Made by a program: the position numbers and the translations under genes. The notes beneath the pieces are model-generated. The model ran no database searches and was not told the origin of the DNA. It saw nothing but the letters and a program-made list of their open reading frames with translations. Of a stretch of 64,000 nucleotides of DNA, positions 48,501 to 58,291 are shown in pieces. This DNA is from Candidatus Marinacidobacterales bacterium. GTDB lineage: Bacteria > Acidobacteriota > Vicinamibacteria > Marinacidobacterales > DATDRI01. Numbering within the stretch: position 1 is the stretch's first letter; each line of letters begins with the position of its first letter. The stretch spans positions 2,400,001-2,464,000 of the forward strand of contig CBDCNP010000002.1 of assembly GCA_965219415.1 (NCBI GenBank). The letters are read 5' to 3'.

Positions 48501-50906
48501 GTGGAATCTCCAAACACTTCCGAGCGAGCCAAGGCACGCATCCTGGAGGGGGCCCTCCTCCCTATTCTCTTTCTCCTGCTTCTAGCTGTTCTCACCTACC
48601 CGGGCATCCTCACTGGGGGCGTCATCCTTCCCACCGACTGGCTCTACGAGGCGTTTTATCCTTGGAAGAGCATGGCCCCCTCGGTCGTGAGCGCTAACCC
48701 TCGGCAAAACGATGCGGTCATGCAGCCGTACCCGCTCGATCTCTACACGAGGGAGCGGATGCGAGAAGGCGAAGTCCCTCTTTGGAATCCTTACCTCGGA
48801 AGTGGGATCCCTCACTTGGCGACGGGGTTCAATCGGGTTTTCTACCCGCTCGTTTGGCCGGGGCTACTGCTTTCGGCTCCGGGGTCCCGCAACCTCGAGA
48901 TGTTCCTGCACTTGGTTCTTGCCGCGGTCTTCCAGTTTCTGTTCCTGAGACGCCTCGGTTGCGGCAGGGCGGCTTGTCTCTTGGGTGGCATGGCCTTCGG
49001 TTGGAGTAGCGCCCTCGCCGTGAGAGCGCCGCTCAACTACGTCTCCGACACGTTGATTTGGCTGCCGCTCCTTCTCTTCGCGGTGGAGGGTATTCTCCAG
49101 GGGATCCGGGGAAGCGTCGCGGTCCTGGCGCTGTCGGCGGGGCTTCAACTGCTTGCGGGCTCGTTGCCCGACGTCCTGTCGGGTTGGATCTTGATCGCGT
49201 TCTTTCTTCTGGGGCGTCTCATCGGTAAGGGTGCATCGACGTGGGCGAAGGCACTCCTGCGAGTGGGGGCGGGCGTCGTGCTCGCGGCGATGCTATCCGG
49301 CGTACAACTCTTGCCTCATCTGGAGCTCGTTGGCCTCAGCCATCGCGGTGGTAGAAGTTATGAAGAACTAAGTGCTCGCGGCGCGCCCGTTGAGAGCCTC
49401 GCAACGTTCCTCTCCCCCCGTGTGCTTGGCTCGGATCCCGATCGGACGTCTTTCGGTCCTCCGCGCGTGGTGCAGTTGTACATCGGGGTCGTCGCGTTGG
49501 TGCTAGCGCTCCTATCGTTGCGAAGGGGAGTCCGGAGAATCGAGGGATCGCTTCTTCTTGCCGGGATTGGCACCTACCTCGTTGCTTCTGGGACGCCGCT
49601 TCTCTATGGGATCTACTGGATCTTCCCCCCCATCGCTGGTTTGCGTTACGTCCATACGTTCGCGGCCGTTTCGACCGTGGCCTTCTCGGCGTTGGCGGCA
49701 CTCGGGGCGGAGAGGCTGGCAAAGAGTCCGCCCACGAGAGTGAAGCCACTGGGCGTCATCATGGCCCTAGCGGCCGTTGCCTCGGTGAGCCTTACCGTCA
49801 CTTCCTTGAGTGTCGGGCCAACCTCGCCCTCGGGCAACGCGATGCTCGAGCTCGGCACCGCGTTCGGTTTGGTGACTGCCCTCTTTGCGGTCCTCTACTT
49901 TTGCAGCGTGGGGAGGTTTTCTCCGCGCGCCATGATCCTTTTCCTGATATGTCTCGCGGCCGCCGACTTGATCCGATTTCCGGCGCACCAGAATCCGGTG
50001 ACGTCGATCGAGCGGTTTCCGATCTTCCCGACGACGAAAGGGCTCGAGCTGATCGCGGCCGAGGAGCGTCTTTACCGCGCGTTGGCCGTCGTGCCCCGTA
50101 CGGCGGGACCCCTCGGCCCGTGGATGGCAGGCCCGAATTCGCTGATGGCCTACGGAATCCCCGATGCGAGTGCGTACCATTCACTTCTTCCCGCGCGGTT
50201 GGTCCGCTACTACTCTGTGATGGAACGTCAGTTCGAGAGAGCCAGAGGCGGCAGGGCGCTAGGCGAGGGGCGCGGGTTTTTCAATGTCCTGGAGAGTTAT
50301 GGGTTCAGCGCCAATCCCATGGCGAGGCTCATGAACATACGCTACGTCTTGTTTCGCCCTGGCGAGCGCCCACTCGATCATCACGGTCTGAGGCATCTCT
50401 ACTCCGATGAGATGCGCGTCTTTCAGTACGTGGAACAGCAACCGCGCGCATATCTTGTTCAAGACTACGAGGAGTTTGAGAGTCCTCGGGCAGTCATGCG
50501 GCGATTGGTATCTCCCGATTTCGATCCCAGCAAGACCGTTCTTCTCGAGCAACCACCCGGGCTCTTGCCGAGGCTCGAAGCGGATGAATCAGCGGGAGAC
50601 GTCCAGGTGCTGACTTACCATCCCGAGCACGTGCGACTACAGGTTGAAAGCGGGTCGGAGGGGATTTTGGTTCTGTGCGACTCTTACTTCCCGGGGTGGA
50701 AAGCGACCGTCAACGACGAGGAGGCCGAGATTCTTAGGGCGAACTTTCTGTTTCGGGCGGTAAGAGTGCCGAGCGGCCGAAGCATCGTGGACTTTCGCTA
50801 CCAGCCCAGGTCTTACGGTGTAGGAAAGTTCGCAAACCTATTGGGCCTCGCCCTAGTCTTCAGCTTATGGGGAGTATGGGTGGTGTCGGCTCGGGTGCCC
50901 CGATAG
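48501..50906 (+). CDS. YfhO-family (GT-C) membrane protein
   Basis: PLWNPYLGSGIP, QLLP, LYIG, PRAY, DSYFPGWKATV, ANFLFRAV and FRYQP. Confidence 0.85.
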   Translation: MESPNTSERAKARILEGALLPILFLLLLAVLTYPGILTGGVILPTDWLYEAFYPWKSMAPSVVSANPRQNDAVMQPYPLDLYTRERMREGEVPLWNPYLGSGIPHLATGFNRVFYPLVWPGLLLSAPGSRNLEMFLHLVLAAVFQFLFLRRLGCGRAACLLGGMAFGWSSALAVRAPLNYVSDTLIWLPLLLFAVEGILQGIRGSVAVLALSAGLQLLAGSLPDVLSGWILIAFFLLGRLIGKGASTWAKALLRVGAGVVLAAMLSGVQLLPHLELVGLSHRGGRSYEELSARGAPVESLATFLSPRVLGSDPDRTSFGPPRVVQLYIGVVALVLALLSLRRGVRRIEGSLLLAGIGTYLVASGTPLLYGIYWIFPPIAGLRYVHTFAAVSTVAFSALAALGAERLAKSPPTRVKPLGVIMALAAVASVSLTVTSLSVGPTSPSGNAMLELGTAFGLVTALFAVLYFCSVGRFSPRAMILFLICLAAADLIRFPAHQNPVTSIERFPIFPTTKGLELIAAEERLYRALAVVPRTAGPLGPWMAGPNSLMAYGIPDASAYHSLLPARLVRYYSVMERQFERARGGRALGEGRGFFNVLESYGFSANPMARLMNIRYVLFRPGERPLDHHGLRHLYSDEMRVFQYVEQQPRAYLVQDYEEFESPRAVMRRLVSPDFDPSKTVLLEQPPGLLPRLEADESAGDVQVLTYHPEHVRLQVESGSEGILVLCDSYFPGWKATVNDEEAEILRANFLFRAVRVPSGRSIVDFRYQPRSYGVGKFANLLGLALVFSLWGVWVVSARVPR

Positions 50907-50914
50907 GCGTGAAA

Positions 50915-51157
50915 CTATTCTTCCTCGCCCTCGGCGAGTTCGTCGGCTTCCAAGTCGGCGAGCTGTGGCTCTTCCTCGATGCGATAGAAGGGAAGCAAAC
51001 CCTTCTCCACCTCACGAAGGGCGATAGCCGCCGGCTTGCGGGACTTCGTTCTGAGGAGAGGCGCGGCGCCTTGCATGAGTTGCCGTGCACGCTGCGCTGC
51101 AATATTGACCAACAAAAAAGGGCCAGGCTCTAAATCTTCTTCTGAAGTTGTTGCCAC
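50915..51157 (-). CDS. rpoZ: RNA polymerase omega subunit
   Basis: FLLVNIAAQRARQLMQGA.P..KPAAIALREVEKG; RBS GGAGG before a TTG start. Confidence 0.88.
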   Translation of the reverse strand: MATTSEEDLEPGPFLLVNIAAQRARQLMQGAAPLLRTKSRKPAAIALREVEKGLLPFYRIEEEPQLADLEADELAEGEEE

Positions 51158-51293
51158 TTGAAATCCTCCTTGTCCTTGCCTTCGGGCCCTCCGGAGACTC
51201 GCTCCGAGCGGCCGGAGACCAGGAACCCCCCATTATACCCCAGCATGGCCACGCTTGTGGCATAATTAGCGGTTCTGGAGGGATGGTGTCTTT

Positions 51294-51372
51294 CCTCTCC
51301 CTTCCGCCTTCGCTAAGGCTTCGGCGGACCCGCCGTAGTCCATAGAATGGAGACGGACGGAGGCGGGCTGGG
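51294..51372. repeat. REP-like element (inverse copy of the 36566-36642 core)
   Basis: CTCTCCCTTCCGCCTTCGCTAAGGCTTCGGCGGAC..ACGGACGGAGGCGGGCTGGG. Confidence 0.75.
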
Positions 51373-51513
51373 GGACTGCGGGCATCAAGCAAGGGTGCCC
51401 ATGGTGGACGCCAAGACAGCGAGTAGCTATTGTTTTGCCGTCAAAATAGGCGGTGCCAAGAAGAAGGTGGCCAAACGGCGGGTGAGGGCAAGGAAAGACT
51501 CTTGTTCCGTTAT

Positions 51514-51546
51514 CCCTCTCCCTCTGGGAGAGAGTAGGGTGAGGGC
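51514..51546. repeat. CCCTCTCCC..GGGAGAG..GGGTGAGGG REP-type palindrome
   Basis: CCCTCTCCCTCTGGGAGAGAGTAGGGTGAGGGC; same family as the outer shell of 36549-36646. Confidence 0.65.
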
Positions 51547-51567
51547 ATTAGAGAGGAGAGGTTCAGC

Positions 51568-52716
51568 GTGGCGCGTTCAAAAGTGGCGGTCATCCGCACC
51601 CAGCCGGAAACGGTCTTCGAGGATTACGGCAAGGCGATGCGGATGGCCGGTTATCAGGATTTCCTTGCCAAAAATAAGGATACGGCGCTCAAGATCAATA
51701 TTTCCTGGGGAAAATTCTACCCCGCTTGCTCGACCACGCCATGGCAGCTGGAGGGTGTCATACGCACCTTGCTAGCGGATGACTACTGGCGTGATTTGGT
51801 TCACGCCTGCCACAACCGCACGGTCGTGGTCAGCGCACGAGCCGGGGAGCGGAAGAACCGACACAAGGTTGTGGTGGATCGGTACGGCCTTCGGAACGTC
51901 CACCTCTACGAGAAGTCCGAGGAATGGCTCCACTACGAGCCGAAGGGTAAGACGCGGGTTCTCCACGAGGTTTTTCCGAAAGGGATCCACATACCGAAGC
52001 GTTTGATCGGTGAGAACATCATTCACCTCCCGACGATGAAGACCCACGTGTTCACTGGCATGACCGGCGCGATGAAAAATGCCTTCGGTGGTCTCCTGAA
52101 CGAGAAACGCCATTGGACACATTCTGTGATCCACGAGACTCTCGCAGACCTGCTCATGATCCAAAAAGAGATTCACTCCGGCCTCTTTGCGGTCATGGAC
52201 GGCACGGTGGCCGGTAGCGGGCCAGGACCCCGCTGCATGAATGTTCACCTCAAGAATCTCGTCTTGGCTTCGGCCGATCAAGTCGCCATCGACGCGGTGG
52301 CCGCGAAAATCATGGGCTTTGACCCTCTCGACCTCGCCTTTATCAGAAGTGCTCACGAACGAGGGTTGGGAGTGGGCGATCCCAAGGAGATCGAGATCGT
52401 CGGAGAGGATATCGAGGAAATGAACTGGGGCTTCAACGCCGGCGATACGTTTGCCAGCAAGGGGCAGCACGCTATCTACCATGGTCTGTTCAAACCACTC
52501 GAGAATCTCCTTCTGCGCACGCCCTTGGTGGTTTGGGCCTACGTAGCTTCTTGGGCCTACCATGACTGGTACTGGTATCCGTTCATCGGAAGCTCACGGG
52601 TTGCGGAGTTCATGAAAACTCCCTGGGGGCAGATGTTCGAGCGTTATGGAGAGCAGGGTGACCTGCCGCTCGGATCGCCCGAGCCGTCACCCGCCTTGGC
52701 CAGCGAGTCCGGGTAG
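51568..52716 (+). CDS. DUF362 domain protein
   Basis: LKINISW, TTPWQLEG, HLPTMKTH, TGAMKNAFG, VMDGT..GPGP and DQVAIDA. Confidence 0.85.
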   Translation: MARSKVAVIRTQPETVFEDYGKAMRMAGYQDFLAKNKDTALKINISWGKFYPACSTTPWQLEGVIRTLLADDYWRDLVHACHNRTVVVSARAGERKNRHKVVVDRYGLRNVHLYEKSEEWLHYEPKGKTRVLHEVFPKGIHIPKRLIGENIIHLPTMKTHVFTGMTGAMKNAFGGLLNEKRHWTHSVIHETLADLLMIQKEIHSGLFAVMDGTVAGSGPGPRCMNVHLKNLVLASADQVAIDAVAAKIMGFDPLDLAFIRSAHERGLGVGDPKEIEIVGEDIEEMNWGFNAGDTFASKGQHAIYHGLFKPLENLLLRTPLVVWAYVASWAYHDWYWYPFIGSSRVAEFMKTPWGQMFERYGEQGDLPLGSPEPSPALASESG

Positions 52717-52907
52717 GCTTCCCGCCTGCGCCGTGGTCGAGGTATCCGATCCCACGGCCACGGCGTGGCCTCGCCGAAGCACCGCGAAGGCGAGCGGCGC
52801 GGCAAGCCCCGAGGGTGGGGCCCGCGGGGGCATTTCCCAATTTGGCCTAGATGGACTAAGATCCAGGGGCTTGTCAGGGCTCCATGGGGAGCTCAATTTG
52901 AAGCGAC

Positions 52908-53333
52908 ATGAAGGAGAAGAAGAGGAAGAAGAAGAAGAAGATGACACAGGTGGATCGGCATCTGCAGGAAGAGATGCATGTTGAAGTGGGACGCAGAATC
53001 CGCGAGCTACGGCAGGAGAAAGGGTTGCTTCAAGAAGAACTGGCCAGGAAGGCGGGCCTTTCCGCCTCGGCCTTGTCGAACTTCGAGCAGGGGCGACGGC
53101 GTATCTCCCTAGAATGGCTCAGGAAGATCAGCAAGGTCCTGGGAGTGACGGTCTCCGACCTTATCCCCGACAGTCGAGTTCGCAAGCCCCTTGCCGAGAA
53201 CGACGAGGAAGAGGGACTCCTCGGCAGCTGGAGAAGAATCGGGAACTCCGATGTGCAGGATCAGTTGCTCGAGCTCATCGAGCTGACTGCCCACAGCAAG
53301 TCGACGCGCGGCGCTACTAGCCCGCGGCGGTAA
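52908..53333 (+). CDS. XRE-family HTH transcriptional regulator (start 52908 or 52941)
   Basis: VGRRIRELRQEKGLLQEELARKAGLSASALSNFEQGRR. Confidence 0.88.
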   Translation: MKEKKRKKKKKMTQVDRHLQEEMHVEVGRRIRELRQEKGLLQEELARKAGLSASALSNFEQGRRRISLEWLRKISKVLGVTVSDLIPDSRVRKPLAENDEEEGLLGSWRRIGNSDVQDQLLELIELTAHSKSTRGATSPRR

Positions 53334-53393
53334 CCACAGGGAGAGCCATCATTCTTCTGGGAGTGGTGTGCCTGAAGCCTGTCGGCCGCCAGC

Positions 53394-54089
53394 TTAGAGG
53401 CTTTCGGTCAAGAAGCCTCTAGAGAAGAGCTGCGTGAGATTACGAACGAGATCTTGCTCGGCCAGACGACCATCCTCTTTGTACCATTGGTAGATCCAGT
53501 TCATCGAGCCGAGTAGAAAGAAGGTCGCTGCCGTCGGATCGATGTCCTGCGCGATCCCCTGCTCCTTCAGCTGAATGAGGATGTTGCGGACCAGCTCGAT
53601 GTAGGCCTTCTTCCGCTTGAGGATTTTTTCTCGGTACTCGCCGGTAAGACCCGTGCGCTCGTGCAAGATGATCGTCACCTCGCGCGGCCGGTGAATCACC
53701 ATGTGCACGTGATGTCGGATCATCTGGCGGAGCAGCTCTCGAGGTTCCTCGATGCTCCCTAACGGCTTCACCACCGTCTCGTCGAGCAGATCCAAGCCAT
53801 AGTCGGTGATTAGGTAGAGCAGGTGCTCTTTGCCTTCGACGAAATAGTAGAGCCCTGCTTTGGTAATGCCGACCGCTTCGGCAATATCGCTCATCGAGGT
53901 GGAATCGTAGCCCTTGACGCAGAAGAGGTGCGCGGCTTTCTCTAGGATCTGAGCCCTCCTCGGGCCGAGCTGGCCCAAACGGGCCTGCGATTTGGGTGCG
54001 GATGAAGTCGTTTTACTCAAGAGGTCTCCATTGGGTCGGGACGTTTCGCCATCCTTTCTAGCGGCCCGCCTCTCGGAAGTCAAGCTCAT
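53394..54089 (-). CDS. TetR/AcrR-family regulator (KstR2-like C-terminus)
   Basis: AAHLFCVKGYDSTSMSDIAEAVGITKAGLYYF..KE and GSMNWIYQWYKEDG. Confidence 0.9.
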   Translation of the reverse strand: MSLTSERRAARKDGETSRPNGDLLSKTTSSAPKSQARLGQLGPRRAQILEKAAHLFCVKGYDSTSMSDIAEAVGITKAGLYYFVEGKEHLLYLITDYGLDLLDETVVKPLGSIEEPRELLRQMIRHHVHMVIHRPREVTIILHERTGLTGEYREKILKRKKAYIELVRNILIQLKEQGIAQDIDPTAATFFLLGSMNWIYQWYKEDGRLAEQDLVRNLTQLFSRGFLTESL

Positions 54090-54339
54090 GGGCGAAGTTG
54101 GGTCTTACCTCAATAGAACGAGGTGTTGCGATCTCACCTCGTTCCGTCGCAGGGGAAAATCTGTCGCATTCGTCACTGACGACGGCTAGCCGGTCCGCGT
54201 AGCACGGTCGACAGGCCAATGGATTTCCCGAGAGTCCCTGTGCTAGACTCCTGCTTCCCAAACAAAGAGAAGGTGACGAAAGTGTCCGAGAAGCGAGACT
54301 TTCGCGAGCGGTTATCGCGCGAAAACACTGCAATCAGGC

Positions 54340-57300
54340 GAGTTCGGCAGGTTTCGTGCCCGGTCATTTTAGCTACTTTGCTCATCATGGTAACTCCCGA
54401 GCGAGACCGAGGCTCAAGGGGATGAGATCCAAGAGACGGCGCTCGAGCAGATCCGGACCCTGATGGCGGAGAAAGCGGCCCGCAGCGATAGCGAGAGGCG
54501 GCTCGACTCCCAACTCCTACTCGAGCTGAAACGCCGTCGCGGGCATGCCGTTGCACGGTCCGTCCCCAGCCTGATTACGGGTGTCGAGACCGATGCCGAC
54601 GATACCACCCTCGTCGTCGATATCAAAGCCGATTTGACCGGCAACTTGGTGGCCCAGATTGAAGCATTAGGGGGCACGGTCGAAAGTCAGCACCCCAACT
54701 ATCGTCTGTGTCGCGCCCGGGTGCCGGTGAATAGTCTCGAGGCGTTGGCCACCGATCCGGCCATCCAATACATCCGTCCGGCGTTCAAACCCATCACCAA
54801 CAAGATCGACACTTCGGAAGGCGACGTGGCGCACGCAGCGGACGAAGCGCGCACCACCTTTGGGGTCGATGGGACTGGGGTTCGTCTTTGTGCCCTTTCG
54901 GACAGCGTCGACTACCTGGCCTTGCTTCAAGCCGCAGGAGATTTACCGGCGGTGACAGTCCTCCCAGGGCAAAGCGGAAACCCGGGCACCAGCGAGGGAA
55001 CCGCGATGCTCGAGATCCTTCACGATTTGGCCCCCGGGGCCGAGCTCTACTTCGCCACCGCCTTTAGCAGTGAGGCGACGTTTGCGAGCAACATCCTCGC
55101 CCTCCGAGCCGCGGGCTGCGACATCATCGTGGATGACGTCTTCTATCCCGAAGAGCCGACTTTCCAGGACGGTATCGTTGCCCAAGCGGTCAATTCAGTT
55201 ATCGCGGACGGCGGGTTTTTATTTCTCTGCGGCTGGCAACTCCGGCAACATCAATGATGGCACATCGGGAGTGTGGGAAGGTGATTTCTCGCGCCGATGC
55301 CCGCACCGCCTCCCCTGAGCGGCAACGAAGTCCACGACTTCGGCGGCGGGAATCTACTACAACACGGTCGCCTTCGATACCCCATTTCTTTTTGCGCTGC
55401 AGTGGTCGGACCCGACCGGCGGGTCGGCCAACGATTACGATCTCTATCTCCTCGATCCCTCGAGAAGCTCGGTCTGGGCCGCATCCACCAACGTCCAGAA
55501 TGGTAATGACGACCCGTTCGAGTGGATCGATTCGCAGTTTTTCGACGACACCGGTACCCACCTGGTCATCGTTCGTAAAACGGGTGCCGAGGCTCGTTAC
55601 CTTCATTTGAACTCCCATCGAGGCGTTCTCGCCGAGGCGACCGACGGACAGATTACCGGACACGCAGCGGCGATGGACGCGTTCGCGGTGGCCGCGGTGG
55701 ACGTTTTCCACGCACTCGGTGGCGAGTTCACCGGCGGTGCCACGAACCCAGTGGAGTGGTTCAGCTCCGATGGACCGCGACAGATATTCTTCGAGGCGGA
55801 CGGAACGCCGATCACCCCCGGCGACTTCCTCTCCACGGGAGGCGAGCTGCGGCTCAAACCCGACGTCGCCGCCGCGGACGGCGTGACGACGGCGACTCCC
55901 GGTTTCGCTCCCTTCTATGGGACCTCGTCCGCCGCACCCCATGCCGCGGCCCTCGCCGCACTGATGCTTCAGGGGGACCCGATTCTGACTCCGAGTAGGC
56001 TTCGTGATCTGCTCAGCGCGACCGCACTCGACATTGAAGAGCCTGGGTTCGATCGGGACTCCGGTGTCGGTATCTTCGGGGCTCGCAAGGCGTTATTGCA
56101 TCTCCTCGCCGATGCAACTTCCGATCTCTCGGTGAGCATCGTAGACGTCGTCGACCCCGTCGTCGTCAAGGACAATGTCACCTACACGGTAACGGTGACC
56201 AATCCGGGGCCCGATTTAGCGCTCGATGTCGTCATGACGCAGACGCTGCCGGCGGGAACGAGCTTTCAGTCCGCGGTTCCCGCACAGGGTAGTTGCCTGG
56301 AATCTAGCGGGGAGCTCACGGGTCCGCTCGGTGACGTCGACGTCGGAATCACCGTCGCAATCACCGTCGTGGTAGCGAGCACTTCTGAAGGCACCCTCTC
56401 AACGACTGCCAGCGTGACGGGCTTCGTCATCGATACGGTCGTGGGCAACGACATCACGACGGAGACGACCACCGTGGTGGCGCCAATCATTGCCCTCACC
56501 GTGGACGAGGTCGATCCCGGTTCGTACGGTTTTGGCTTCGGCACCGACCAACACCGGACCGCTCTGGTCACAACGTTCACCGGCAGCGAAACGAGCACGT
56601 ACTACCTACAAGTCACCGGTTGGGACATCGACTACGGTAATGAGATCTCGATTCACTTGAACGGCACACAGATCGGCCAGCTCACCAAAGGCCCTAACAA
56701 CAATCTGAACGAAGGTGACGTGTTCGCGCTGGAGCCGCCTTTGGTGGTGACCGGTCAGAACACACTCGAGTTCAAGGAGAGGGTCACCGGCTGGACCTGG
56801 GGTGTAACGGAGATCGGCGTACTGAGTGCGCCTCCGGCAGTGCCCGTCGTCGCACTCACAGTGGACGTCGTCGACACGGGTTCGTATGGGCACAACTACG
56901 GCACCGATGAGCACGAGACCGTTTTGCCGGCTACCTTCACCGCTGATGGAACCAGCACTTACTACCTCCAGGTTACGGGCTACGACATGGACTACGGCGA
57001 CGAGATCTCGGTCTATTTGAACGATCAAGTGCTCGGATTTCTCACTGCCGGGCCCAATAACGCGCTCAACGGAGGCGATCTGTTCACGTTGCCGCCGGCC
57101 TTGGCGATGGCGGGTCTGAACACGATCGAGTTTCGGCAGAGAACGGTGGGTTGGACCTGGGGCGTGACGGATCTCGGTGTACTTAGTGCTCCTCCGGCAG
57201 GCGCGGCTCCGGTGATCGCACTCACCGTGGACATGGTCGACGGCGGTTTGTACGGACACAACTACGGAACCAACGAGCACGAGACCAGTCTGTCCGCGAC

Positions 57301-58269
57301 GTTCACCGGCGATGGGACGAGCACGTATTACCTTCAGGTCACGGGCTACGACAGCGATCATACCGCCGAAATTTCTGTGCATCTGAACGGCGTCCAGATC
57401 GGTGTTCTCGCCCAGGGCCCGAACGACAGCCTGAACGCAGGCGACCTGTTTACCCTGGCTCCCCCCTCGGTGGTCGCGGGTGAGAACACCCATCGAGTTT
57501 CGCCAGAGCGTGCCGGGTTGGACTTGGGGGACGAATCTCGGTGTGCTCAGCGCCCCTCCAGTTGGAACTCCACTCGTGATCGCGCTTACCGTGGACGACC
57601 TGCCCCACACCGGCATGTACGGACACAACTGCGGCACCAGTGAGCACGAGACGCTTCTTGCTGCGACGTTTCACCGGAGACGGGACCAGCATCTACTACC
57701 TCCAAGCCACCGGCTACGACATCGGCTACAACGACGAGATCTCTGTTTGGTTGAACGGCACGCAAATCGGGTTTCTGAGCAAAGGTCCAAACAATGGCCT
57801 AAACGCAGGCGATGGGTTCACAAACACCATCGAGTTTCGTCAGAGGACGGTGGGTTGGAAATGGGGCGTAACCGATCTCGGTGTGCTTACCGTTGCGCCT
57901 CCTGGAACGCCACCGGTCTTGACGCTCGCCTTGGATAGCGTGGACGGGAATTCCTATGGGCACAACTATGGCACCGGCGAGCACAAAACCGTTCTTGCAG
58001 GGATTTTCACCGGCGATGGAACGAGTACCTATCACTTGCAGGTGACTGGCTACGACATCGACTATGCCGACGAGATTTCTGTTTGGTTGAACGGCACCCA
58101 GATTGGGTTCCTCGCCAAAGGCCCGAATAACAAACTGAACGCAGGCGACCTCTTCACGCTGCCGCCAACTTTGCATGAAGCGGGCCCCAATGCCATCGAG
58201 TTTCGTCAGAGGACGGTGGGTTGGAAATGGGGTGTGACGGATCTCGGGGTGCTGACGTCACTGCCCTAA
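54340..58269 (+). pseudogene. Large secreted subtilase/sedolisin-like peptidase with DUF11-like Ig domain and five C-terminal repeats, multiply frameshifted
   Basis: Prodomain, LSDS, EGTAMLEILHDLAPGA, IIVDD, SAAGNSG, FSSDGP, KPDVAAADG, GTSSAAPH and DLSV..VTYTVTVTNPGP. Frame breaks at about 54399, 55220, 55290-55360, 55580, 57490 and 57670; start approximate. Confidence 0.82.
56486..58266 (+). repeat. Five tandem coding repeats of about 120 aa
   Basis: Units start at about 56486, 56846, 57212, 57577 and 57916. Consensus ALTVD..YGHNYGT.EH.T..FTGDGTSTYYLQVTGYDIDY..EISV.LNG..GPNN.LN.GD..NTIEFRQRTVGW.WGVTDLGVL. Confidence 0.9.
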
Positions 58270-58291
58270 CGAGGATGTGAGGGTCGGCGGC

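Noticed and set aside
51347-51775. 142-aa ORF upstream of and overlapping the DUF362 gene
   Set aside because: It runs through two REP-like palindromes and overlaps a real gene in another frame.
56486-58266. CRISPR array or DGR template/variable repeats
   Set aside because: The units are about 360-nt coding repeats without spacers. Differences are not adenine-specific, and no cas or reverse transcriptase gene is present.
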